Shown piece by piece: positions 51,601 to 61,830 of a stretch of 64,000 bases of DNA (its first letter is position 1; each line of letters opens with the position of its first letter). The position numbers and the translations under genes were made by a program. The notes under the pieces are model-generated. The model ran no database searches and was not told the origin of the DNA. It worked only from the letters and a program-made list of their open reading frames with translations. The DNA is from Eledone cirrhosa (taxonomy: Eukaryota): assembly GCA_964016885.1 (NCBI GenBank), contig OZ024743.1:177816001-177880000 (forward strand), written 5' to 3'.

Positions 51601-54600
51601 TATTATAACAGTGTCATCTATCTAATATAACAGTTCCAACTATCTATTATAACAGTTCCAACTATCTATTATAACAGTTCCATCTATCTATTATAACAGT
51701 TCCAGCTATCTATTATAACAGTTCCAGCTATCTATTATAACAGTGTCAACTATCTATTATAACAGTGTCATCTATCTATTATAACAGTATCATCTATCTA
51801 TTATAACAGTGTCATCTATCTATTATAACAGTGTCATCTATCTATTATAACAGTGTCATCTATCTATTATAACAGTGTCATCTATCTATTATTATAGTGT
51901 CATCTATCTATTATAACAGTGTCATCTATCTTTTATAACAGTTCCAGCTATCTATTATAACAGTTCCAGCTATCTATTATAACAGTGTCATCTATCTATT
52001 ATAACAGTGTCATCTACCTATTATAACAGTGTCATCTATCTATTATAACAGTGTCATCTATCTATTATAACAGTTCCAGCTATCTATTATAACAGTTCCA
52101 GCTACCTATTATAACAGTTCCAGCTACCTATTATAACAGTTCCAGCTACATATTATTACAGTTCCAGCTATCTATTATAACAGTGTCATCTATCTATTAT
52201 AACAGTTCCATCGATCTATTATAACAGTTGCAGCTATGTATTATAACAGTTCCAGCTATCTATTATAACAGTTCCAGCTATCTATTATAACAGTTGCAGC
52301 TATCTATTATAACAGTTCCAGCTACCTATTATAACAGTTCCAGCTATCTATTATAACGGTGTCTTTTATCTATTATAACAGTGTCATCTATATATTATAA
52401 CAGTGTCATCTATCTATTATAACAGTGTCAGCTATCTATTATAACAGTTCCTGCTACCTATTATAACAGTTCCAGCTATCTATTATAACAGTGTCATCTA
52501 TCTATTATAACAGTGTCATCTATCTATTATAACAGTGTCATCTATCTATTATAACAGTTCCAGCTATCTATTATAACAGTGTCATCTATCTATTATAACA
52601 GTATCATCTATCTATTATAACAGTATCATCTATCTATTATAACAGTATCATCTATCTATTATAACAGTATCATCTATCTATTATAACACTTCCAGCTATC
52701 TATTATAACAGTTCCATCTATCTATTATAACAGTTCCAACTATCTATTATAACAGTGTCATCTATCTATTATAACAGTGTCATCTATCTATTATAACAGT
52801 TCCAGCTATCTATTATAACAGTGTCATCTATCTATTATAACAGTGTCATCTATCTATTATAACAGTGTCATCTATCTATTATAACAGTGTCATCTATCTA
52901 TTATAACAGTGTCATATATCTATTATAACAGTATCATCTATCTATTATAACAGTATCATCTATCTATTATAACAGTTCCAGCTATCTATTATAACAGTGT
53001 CATCTATCTATTATAACAGTTCCATCTATCTATTATAACAGTGTCATCTATCTATTATAACAGTTCCATCTATCTATTATAACAGTTCCAACTATCTATT
53101 ATAACAGTTCCAACTATCTATTATAACAGTTCCAGCTATCTATTATAACAGTTCCAACTATCTATTATAACAGTTCCAGCTATCTATTATAACAGTGTCA
53201 TCTATCTATTATAACAGTGTCATCTATCTATTATAACAGTGTCAGCTATCTATTATAACAGTGTCATCTATCTATTATAACAGTGTCATCTATCTATTAT
53301 AACAGTTCCATCTATCTATTATAACAGTGTCAGCTATCTATTATAACAGTGTCATCTATCTATTATAACAGTATCATCTATCTATTATAACAGTGTCATC
53401 TATCTATTATAACAGTTCCAGCTATCTATTATAACAGTGTCATCTATCTATTATAACAGTGTCATCTATCTATTATAACAGTTCCATCTATCTATTATAA
53501 CAGTGTCATCTATCTATTATAACAGTTCCAGCTATCTATTATAACAGTGTCATCTATCTATTATAACAGTGTCATCTATCTATTATAACAGTGTCATCTA
53601 TCTATTATAACAGTGTCAGCTATCTATTATAACAGTGTCATCTATCTATTATAACAGTGTCATCTATCTATTATAACAGTTCCAGCTATCTATTATAACA
53701 GTGTCAACTATCTATTATAACAGTGTCATCTATCTATTATAACAGTTCCAGCTATCTATTATAACAGTGTCATCTATCTATTATAACAGTTCCAGCTATC
53801 TATTATAACAGTGTCATCTATCTATTATAACAGTTCCAGCTATCTATTATAACAGTGTCATCTATCTAGTATAACAGTGTCATCTATCTATTATAACAGT
53901 GTCATCTATCTATTATAACAGTTCCATCTATCTATTATAACAGTGTCATCTATCTATTATAACAGTGTCATCTATCTATTATAACAGTGTCAGCTATCTA
54001 TTATAACAGTGTCATCTATCTATTATAACAGTATCATCTATCTATTATAACAGTATCATCTATCTATTATAACAGTGTCATCTATCTATTATAACAGTGT
54101 CATCTATCTATTATAACAGTGTCATCTACCTATTATAACAGTGTCATCTATCTATTATAACAGTTCAAGCTATCTATTATAACAGTGTCATCTATCTAAT
54201 ATAACAGTTCCAGCTATCTATTATAACAGTGTCATCTATCTAATATAACAGTTCCAGCTATCTATTATAACAGTTCCATCTATCTATTATAACAGTATCA
54301 TCTATCTATTATAACAGTATCATCTATCTATTATAACAGTGTCATCTATCTATTATAACAGTGTCATCTATCTATTATAACAGTGTCATCTACCTATTAT
54401 AACAGTGTCATCTATCTATTATAACAGTTCAAGCTATCTATTATAACAGTGTCATCTATCTAATATAACAGTTCCAGCTATCTATTATAACAGTGTCATC
54501 TATCTAATATAACAGTTCCAGCTATCTATTATAACAGTGTCATCTATCTATTATAACAGTGTCATCTATCTAATATAACAGTTCCAACTATCTATTATAA

Positions 54601-56095
54601 CAGTTCCAACTATCTATTATAACAGTTCCATCTATCTATTATAACAGTTCCAGCTATCTATTATAACAGTTCCAGCTATCTATTATAACAGTGTCAACTA
54701 TCTATTATAACAGTGTCATCTATCTATTATAACAGTATCATCTATCTATTATAACAGTGTCATCTATCTAATATAACAGTTCCAGCTATCTATTATAACA
54801 GTTCCATCTATCTATTATAACAGTTCCAGCTATCTATTATAACAGTTCCAGCTATCTATTATAACAGTTCCAGCTATCTATTATAACAGTTCCAGCTATC
54901 TATTATAACAGTGTCAACTATCTATTATAACAGTGTCATCTACCTATTATAACAGTGTCATCTATCTATTATAACAGTTCCAGCTATCTATTATAACAGT
55001 TCCAGCTACCTATTATAACAGTGTCATCTATCTATTATAACAGTGTCATCTATCTATTATAACAGTTCCAGCTATCTATTATAACAGTGTCATCTATCTA
55101 TTATAACAGTTCCAGCTACCTATTATAACAATTCCAGCTATCTATTATAACAGTTCCAGCTATCTATTATAACAGTGTCATCTATCTATTATAACAGTTC
55201 CAGCTACCTATTATAACAGTTCCAGCTACCTATTATAACAGTTCCAGCTACCTATTATAACAGTTCCAGCTATCTATTATAACAGTTCCAACTATCTATT
55301 ATAACAGTGTCATCTATCTATTATAACAGTTCCAGCTATCTATTATAACAGTTCCAGCTATCTATTATAACAGTGTCATCTATCTATTATAACAGTTCCA
55401 GCTATCTATTATAACAGTGTCATCTATCTATTATAACAGATCCAGCTATGTATTATAACAGTGTCATCTATCTATTATAACAGATCCAGCTATGTATTAT
55501 AACAGTGTCATCTATCTATTATAACAGATCCAGCTATCTATTATAACAGTGTCATCTATATATTATAACAGATCCAGCTATGTATTATAACAGTGTCATC
55601 TATCTCTTATAACAGTTCCAGCTTTCTATTATAACAGTGTCATCTACCTATTATAACAGTTCCAGCTATCTATTATAACAGATCCAGCTTTCTATTATAA
55701 CAGTTTCAGCTATCTAATATAACAGTGTCATTTATTTATTATAACAGTGTCGTCTAGATATTATAACAGTGTCAGCTATCTATTATAACAGTGTTATCTA
55801 TGTATTATAACAGTGTCATCTATCTATTATAACAGTGTCATCTATCTAGTATAACAGTGTCATCTATGTATTATAAAAGTGTCATCTATCTATTATAACA
55901 GTTTCAGCTATTTATTATAACAGTTCCAGCTATCTATTATAACAGTTTCAGCTATCTATTATAACAGTGTCATCTATCTATTATAACAGTGTCATCTATC
56001 TAGTATAACAGTATCATCTATCTATTATAACAGTTTCAGCTATTTATTATAACAGTTCCAGCTATTTATTATAACAGTTCTAGCTATCTATTATA
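36661..56095. repeat. 22-bp satellite array, left block (about 880 monomers)
   Basis: Monomer TATCTATTATAACAGT plus 6 variable bases, mostly GTCATC or TCCAGC; period 22 confirmed at several points. Confidence 0.99.
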
Positions 56096-56316
56096 TCTAT
56101 CTATGGGATGGACACACGCGTATAACTTGCTAAGTAAGTTCTGTTTAAATTTCTATAGAAATTCTTGTCTGATAACTTTAATTTTTGTACCATTTTGTAG
56201 AGGGACTGCCAGGTCAAACTTTGATCTGGTCAGTCTCTCAAAATATTCTACGCCTTTAGGCGAAATAGTTAAACAAAAAAAAAGTTTTTTCTTGTTGAAA
56301 AGTCAATATTTTTTAA

Positions 56317-58104
56317 ATGGCCGAAGCTTCTTCACCAAAATTCGAAGGAGGAAAGGGGAAGATGAACTTACAGCTTCCCCCTGCCACTGTCACAGTAGCA
56401 GAGGTCAAGAAGAAAGGTCAGCCAGAGGAAGAATTCTCTCCACCTGTTAACCGACAACTTGACGTTGCCATGGCAACAACCCAAAGAACCAGCAGCAACA
56501 GCAACAACAACAACAATGCGACGGACGAAAGCAACACCAATAACAATAACAATAACAACAACAAGACCATTAACGGTGACAACAACAACAATGATAACAA
56601 CAACACCACCAACGACAACAACAACACAAACAAACAAAATTTCTCCTTCGCCGAGACGACAAGGAAAACCCTCGACTATCTGCCAGTAGATATAACAAAA
56701 GCGAAGGAGCTACTGGCGGATGCGAAAAAATATATAGTGTACGGGGAAAATGGTTCATTCACAATCCATTCCCCCCCGGAACTAAAAAGCCAGAGACTCC
56801 TAAACACGGTCATGTTTAGGACAATCTCGAACAAAAGTAAAAAACCAGCTCAACCATCACAGAGCGAGATAGAGCTGGTTTTAAAAGACGTCATGAAGGA
56901 CATCACCTTCATTCAGAAGGATAGACTCTACGGGAGTCTATCCATTCTCATGAAGGACAGGGACACAGCAGTGAAACTGTCCATCAAACCAATCACATCC
57001 ACCGCATACACCTTCTACCCTACGTACATGGGTAGAAGAACACAAAAAATAAAAATCCACACCATCCTGCCGATTATGGACATATGGTGGGTTTTGACAG
57101 GTTTTCTGGACCTGGAGGATGACATGCTGGTGTCCATGGGAAAGGCATCGGGTGACGCGTTCAGTGGAACGAGCCTCGAACTTGTAGTTCAAATGAGGCC
57201 CGAAAGGATCGCCCAGATCCCTGAACGCGTCATACTGGATGATCTAACCTTCATCAACATTACCGTTGAGGGTAGACGGCCCTCGTGTTACCTCTGCGGA
57301 ACCAGAGGTCACCTGAGGGCTGTCTGTCCCCAACTTAATAAGAAAACCCCAATCCTGCCTACACCACCAACAACTGCACAACCAACACAATCACCACAAC
57401 TACCACTACAAAAACAACCACCACAGCTCAAACCAAAACAAAACAATGTCCAACCCATCCCCTCCACTCAAAAAACAAAAACAATTTCCAAAACACCCGT
57501 ACCGCAAACACAACCCGAAAATATACCCCTCCCCTCCAACGCGGAAGATGATCCTAGTTCGTCGTCAGACGAGGAGGAGCACTTCCACACAATCAAAAGA
57601 AAAAAAAGAAAACACACCTCAGACACACAAATGAAAAAAACCCCTCCCCAAAACATAACACTGACACCAACACAAAAGAGCTCACAACAGCAAACAAAAA
57701 ACACCACACAAAAACAAAAACATGCATACACATACATAAATACAAGAAACAAAAAACTGTTAAACATTGTGTACAACAACAATCTAATAAAAACACAAGG
57801 GCCTAACTTCACCCAGGCAGGGGATTTCCCCCACCTCAAAATGATTAAGGCCCCACAGGACACCTATAAAACTTTAAAAAACAATTTTAAAGAGGACGTG
57901 GGTCCCCCCTGCGTCGGGCCCATTAACCGCGTCCTCCTAAAAAACTATCCCACCCCCTCCCCAAACACCCTCACAACTCCAAGCTCCCCAACCACACAAC
58001 ACACTGATGCCCCCACACTTCCACAAACCACCACCCCACCCAACAACCCATCCCCCACCCTAATGGAAATTGTGCAGCCCGATACCCGGGACGCAGAGAG
58101 GTAA
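56317..58104 (+). CDS. Tx1-type ORF1 nucleic-acid-binding protein (595 aa)
   Basis: Uninterrupted ORF; CYLCGTRGHLRAVC knuckle after EGRRP; Asn-rich N-terminal and Pro/Gln/Thr-rich C-terminal regions; basic cluster KRKKRK. Confidence 0.9.
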   Translation: MAEASSPKFEGGKGKMNLQLPPATVTVAEVKKKGQPEEEFSPPVNRQLDVAMATTQRTSSNSNNNNNATDESNTNNNNNNNNKTINGDNNNNDNNNTTNDNNNTNKQNFSFAETTRKTLDYLPVDITKAKELLADAKKYIVYGENGSFTIHSPPELKSQRLLNTVMFRTISNKSKKPAQPSQSEIELVLKDVMKDITFIQKDRLYGSLSILMKDRDTAVKLSIKPITSTAYTFYPTYMGRRTQKIKIHTILPIMDIWWVLTGFLDLEDDMLVSMGKASGDAFSGTSLELVVQMRPERIAQIPERVILDDLTFINITVEGRRPSCYLCGTRGHLRAVCPQLNKKTPILPTPPTTAQPTQSPQLPLQKQPPQLKPKQNNVQPIPSTQKTKTISKTPVPQTQPENIPLPSNAEDDPSSSSDEEEHFHTIKRKKRKHTSDTQMKKTPPQNITLTPTQKSSQQQTKNTTQKQKHAYTYINTRNKKLLNIVYNNNLIKTQGPNFTQAGDFPHLKMIKAPQDTYKTLKNNFKEDVGPPCVGPINRVLLKNYPTPSPNTLTTPSSPTTQHTDAPTLPQTTTPPNNPSPTLMEIVQPDTRDAER

Positions 58105-58128
58105 GTGCCTTTTCTCTTCACCACCAAC

Positions 58129-60369
58129 ATGGCTATGCTAAGAGTAGGCTGTTTAAATGCGCGTGGCCTGGGCTCAACTTGGAAGCAAGCAATGCTTCTA
58201 AATGACCTCAGGACACAACGTATAGATGTGATGGTTATTTGCGAGGCCCGGATCAGCAACGTGCGACAGCTGGCCCCCACCTTTGATGACTTTGAGATGC
58301 ACGCATCTCTCTGTCAGCCCGGAGGTGGGGGTGGAGTTGTCGTTCTGCTGCAAAAACATCTGGGTCTCGCAACACAGATGGTACATTTGGACCCGGAGGG
58401 TCGACTAGTGGTTCTGGACCTTGGCAGTGGTAAAGGCGGAGCGTTTAGGTTGGTAGCCGCCTACGGCCCTTTCGGGTCAATGCGGCCGGACTTCTTCCAT
58501 CGTCTGGAGACTTTTCTAGGGACGTCCCGCTCCTTGCTATTAGTGGGGGACTGGAATGGTATCCTAGATGCACGCTGGGACTACGTAGGGGCCTGCCCCG
58601 ATAGAGAGGGGTGTAATAGCCTCAAAGGGTTAATCGGTCGATTTGACCTGGCCGATAGATATCGACTAGATTTTCCGACTGCGCCAACCTGGACTTGGGC
58701 AAATCGTAGCGGATCATCTAGGTCGTACCTAGATAGGTTCTTAGTTAGAATTAAGGATAAGGACTTTTTAAGTTGTCCAAAAATGCGCATGGTTGGCTAT
58801 TCAGACCACAAATTAGTGACCTGCATGGTCAACCTTGACAGAACTCATAGACAGGGCCCCGGTTACTGGAAGCTCAACTTGTCCTTGCCGGCAAGTAGAG
58901 CCTACAGGAATCGGATTAGTACGTTAGTTAAGGAACGGTTGACTGGAGCGATCGTCAACAGCAGGTGGTGGGTATCTCTAAAGAGAGAGATTAGAGTAGT
59001 CTCGATAGAATTTAGTAAGGTTCTAGCTGCGGATAGGAATAGGAAGGAAAGGGAGCTAATAGATAGAGTAGAAGAGGCAATTAGAAGCGGCGACGTGGCC
59101 AGAGTGCTAGCGTCGAGAACGGCTTTGAGCCAGTTTTTCGACGCGAAGCACGAAGGCTGCGTTGTCCGAAGTAAAATACGTGCTCTAGGGAACGAGGGGA
59201 CCAAAGCTGTTAGCTGGGCCCGCGTGACAGAGGCCAACAGTGGAACTAAATCCACCATCCGGTCTTTGCGAGACCTGGATGGACGGGCGATTCTTGAGCC
59301 TAAGCAGATGTGTGAGGCCTTTCAAAGGCACTTTGCCCGACTGTTCGGGAGGGGCGGGGAGCCGGTTGGGAACGTGGACTTCGGTCCATACCTCGACGGC
59401 CTGCCGCGCCTCTCGGACAGGGAGGCGAAGTCCTGCGAGGAGCCGATTTCGGCCGCTGAGATAGAGGACGTGCTGAGCCAATGCGGCAAACGCAAATCCC
59501 CGGGTCTCGATGGTCTTCCTTACGAATTATATCTAGCTATGCCGGACTTGTTCCCCGATCTCCTCGAGGCGGTCTACTGCAACTGGCAACAGAACGGGAG
59601 AATTCCCTGTACTGTGACCAAGGGCGTAGTCACGCTAGTGAGGAAGGACGAGAACAAGGGGGACGAAATAAGTAACTTCAGGCCCATAACACTGCTAAAT
59701 ACAGAGTTACAGATTTTGGCCAAGGTGCTAGCAAAGAGGTTGGCGCTTGTCGTGGGCAACCTGGTGGGAGATGCGCAGACATGCGCTATCCCGTCCAGGT
59801 CCATCCATGACAACCTCCACCTCATGCGATACATCATAGAGAGGGTTGGGAACGAATCCGGCTTTGGTGGGGCTCTGATCAACTTGGATCAATCTAAGGC
59901 GTTCGATAGGGTCGACCATGGTTACCTGGATGCGGTGCTAGCGGCGGCAGGCTTCGGACCCGTTTTCAGGGGCTGGATCACTGCTATGCACAGCAGCCGC
60001 ATCTGCTCTAGGGTCAAGGTGAACGGCTACCTCTCGGAGCCGTTCAAAATCGCCCGGTCCATCCGACAAGGGTGCCCTCTCTCCTCCCTTCTGTATGTGT
60101 TGACTCTCGAGCCACTACTGCGGAAGTTGGAGTTGTTGCAGGGCATCCCTTTGGAACCGGGATTGCGGAAAGCGGTGTCGGCCTACGCCGATGACGTGAC
60201 AGTAATGGTGTCGACGGCCTCCGAAATCGAGGCGGTCGGCACCTTACTGGAGGAGTACGAAAAGTTCACAGGGGCTAAGCTGAACCGGGACAAGTCGATC
60301 GGTTTGCAACTCGGCACGTGGAGGGGCAGACCGATGCCCTCCGATAGCGTCGTCGGACGCTGGACGTAG
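58129..60369 (+). CDS. ORF2 part 1: AP endonuclease plus reverse transcriptase, ending at an in-frame TAG
   Basis: LNARGL, GDWN, YLDRF, SDHK, GPGYWKLN, KSPGLDGLP, NFRPITLLN, LDQSKAFDRV, RQGCPLS, YADD; first ATG at 58129. Confidence 0.93.
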   Translation: MAMLRVGCLNARGLGSTWKQAMLLNDLRTQRIDVMVICEARISNVRQLAPTFDDFEMHASLCQPGGGGGVVVLLQKHLGLATQMVHLDPEGRLVVLDLGSGKGGAFRLVAAYGPFGSMRPDFFHRLETFLGTSRSLLLVGDWNGILDARWDYVGACPDREGCNSLKGLIGRFDLADRYRLDFPTAPTWTWANRSGSSRSYLDRFLVRIKDKDFLSCPKMRMVGYSDHKLVTCMVNLDRTHRQGPGYWKLNLSLPASRAYRNRISTLVKERLTGAIVNSRWWVSLKREIRVVSIEFSKVLAADRNRKERELIDRVEEAIRSGDVARVLASRTALSQFFDAKHEGCVVRSKIRALGNEGTKAVSWARVTEANSGTKSTIRSLRDLDGRAILEPKQMCEAFQRHFARLFGRGGEPVGNVDFGPYLDGLPRLSDREAKSCEEPISAAEIEDVLSQCGKRKSPGLDGLPYELYLAMPDLFPDLLEAVYCNWQQNGRIPCTVTKGVVTLVRKDENKGDEISNFRPITLLNTELQILAKVLAKRLALVVGNLVGDAQTCAIPSRSIHDNLHLMRYIIERVGNESGFGGALINLDQSKAFDRVDHGYLDAVLAAAGFGPVFRGWITAMHSSRICSRVKVNGYLSEPFKIARSIRQGCPLSSLLYVLTLEPLLRKLELLQGIPLEPGLRKAVSAYADDVTVMVSTASEIEAVGTLLEEYEKFTGAKLNRDKSIGLQLGTWRGRPMPSDSVVGRWT

Positions 60370-61566
60370 GGCCCGGTGAAGTTGCTCGGGGTCTGGTTCG
60401 GACCGGACCTCCAGGTGGAGAAAAACTGGGCGGAGGTTACGAACAGGGTGTTTGCACTGACCCAGAAGTGGGCCAGTTGCAAACTATCCCTGACAGGTCG
60501 GGCGGAGGTGGCGAACACCTACATAGCGTCCGTCATCTACTACCGCCTGACCGTAGTGCCCTGCCCAAGGGAAACCCTCACCAAGATGGAGCGCGCGCTC
60601 TTCCAATTCCTTTGGAAGAGGCGGGCTCCTATGGTGAGGAGATCCATCTGCTGTCAACACCCTTCGAAAGGAGGGCTGGGGATGCCGTGGCTAATGATGC
60701 GTAAACACGCATTAAGGCTACGGCACCTCTACGTATTCCTCACCGGACAACCGGTGTGGGCCTCGTTTGTGAGACGAACCTTTCCCAGACTCGTCTCACT
60801 CACCGAGCTGCAATCCTGGGTCAAGCAAAGACCGAGAAAACTGGGCGCCTGGCACACTGAGTGTGCCCAGGCGCTCACCGCCCTCTGGCAGGCGGATCCG
60901 GTTATCAGTGGAGACTCCACCGCAACATTCTATAGAGGGCTGGTACGCAGCAGGTGCGACGACGCCCTCGGAGAAGCCCTAGACATGGAGGAGGACGAAC
61001 TGGCCAGCCTGTTCGGTAGGACATTCAGCCCGGGACCTATGGACAACTTCCAGAAGTCCCTGGCCTGGCAGTGCTACCGAGGGGCTTTACCCGTTCGAGA
61101 AAGGCTCTACAGACACGGGCGCCCGGGTAGGGACCCCGCCAAAAAGATCTGTCCCAGATGCGTGTGCGACGAGGAAACCGTTGCACACGCATTAGTACAC
61201 TGCTCGGGCGTAGCCGATCTGTGGGGCTATGTCGAACAACTGCTGTCAAGGGTGGGACCGATCCGGTTGACCACCGAGTCTATTGTAATGATCAAGCCGC
61301 CTCCCCCCTTCAAAGATGAAGCAGAGGCGGTGTTTCTGTGCGTAATAGCCATGGCGAAAGAGGTTGTATGGTGGACGCGTCTGAAAGGACTGAGGTCGGG
61401 CACCTTTCTCTCTGGCCAACAACTGGTCCGTTTCTTCCGATATCATTTCGGAAGAAGGATCAGGATGGAGAGAGAGGTGCTGCACCTCAGCCGTTTCTAT
61501 GAAAGATGGGTGAAAGTGGCGAGAATGGCCCGTGTGAATGGGCCTTCACTCTACATCAGACTATAG
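60370..61566 (+). CDS. ORF2 part 2: end of RT, thumb region and C-terminal CCHC finger (same frame, after TAG)
   Basis: VKLLGVWF, LSLTGRAEVAN, KGGLGMP, CPRC...ETVAHALVHC. Confidence 0.88.
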   Translation, partial: GPVKLLGVWFGPDLQVEKNWAEVTNRVFALTQKWASCKLSLTGRAEVANTYIASVIYYRLTVVPCPRETLTKMERALFQFLWKRRAPMVRRSICCQHPSKGGLGMPWLMMRKHALRLRHLYVFLTGQPVWASFVRRTFPRLVSLTELQSWVKQRPRKLGAWHTECAQALTALWQADPVISGDSTATFYRGLVRSRCDDALGEALDMEEDELASLFGRTFSPGPMDNFQKSLAWQCYRGALPVRERLYRHGRPGRDPAKKICPRCVCDEETVAHALVHCSGVADLWGYVEQLLSRVGPIRLTTESIVMIKPPPPFKDEAEAVFLCVIAMAKEVVWWTRLKGLRSGTFLSGQQLVRFFRYHFGRRIRMEREVLHLSRFYERWVKVARMARVNGPSLYIRL

Positions 61567-61830
61567 GTGAGGAAGATGAAAGACCAAGGGAGCACCCCTT
61601 CTCTGTGCTCCTGAGGAGAAGGGTTGCACACTTTTTTCGGGGGTGTGTGCGACCCCCCAAGGCGCCTCCTCTCTATTGAGGATTTTGTTAAAAATTTTAT
61701 TTTTTGTTATATCTTATTTTATTTTTATATTTTGTTATTGCCTTCTCCTTATTGAGGACGCCTTTTTGTGTAAACTCCCCCCTTTGTACTTGTCCCACTT
61801 TTGATGCCCTAGTGGCAAATAAAAGAAACA

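Larger units (their letters stand above)
56096..61830 (+). mobile_element. Full-length Tx1-clade (L1 group) non-LTR retrotransposon inserted in the satellite
   Basis: 5' UTR, ORF1 with zinc knuckle, ORF2 APE-RT-CCHC, 3' UTR with AATAAA at 61818-61823; candidate TSD TATCTATTATA at 56085-56095 and 61831-61841. Confidence 0.93.

Noticed and set aside
36661-56095. Coding potential of the satellite
   Set aside because: The 22-bp period cycles frames, so TAA/TAG stops recur in every frame on both strands.
56103-61485. Overlapping and antisense ORFs within the Tx1 element
   Set aside because: Expected by-products of codon bias and low complexity; no motifs.
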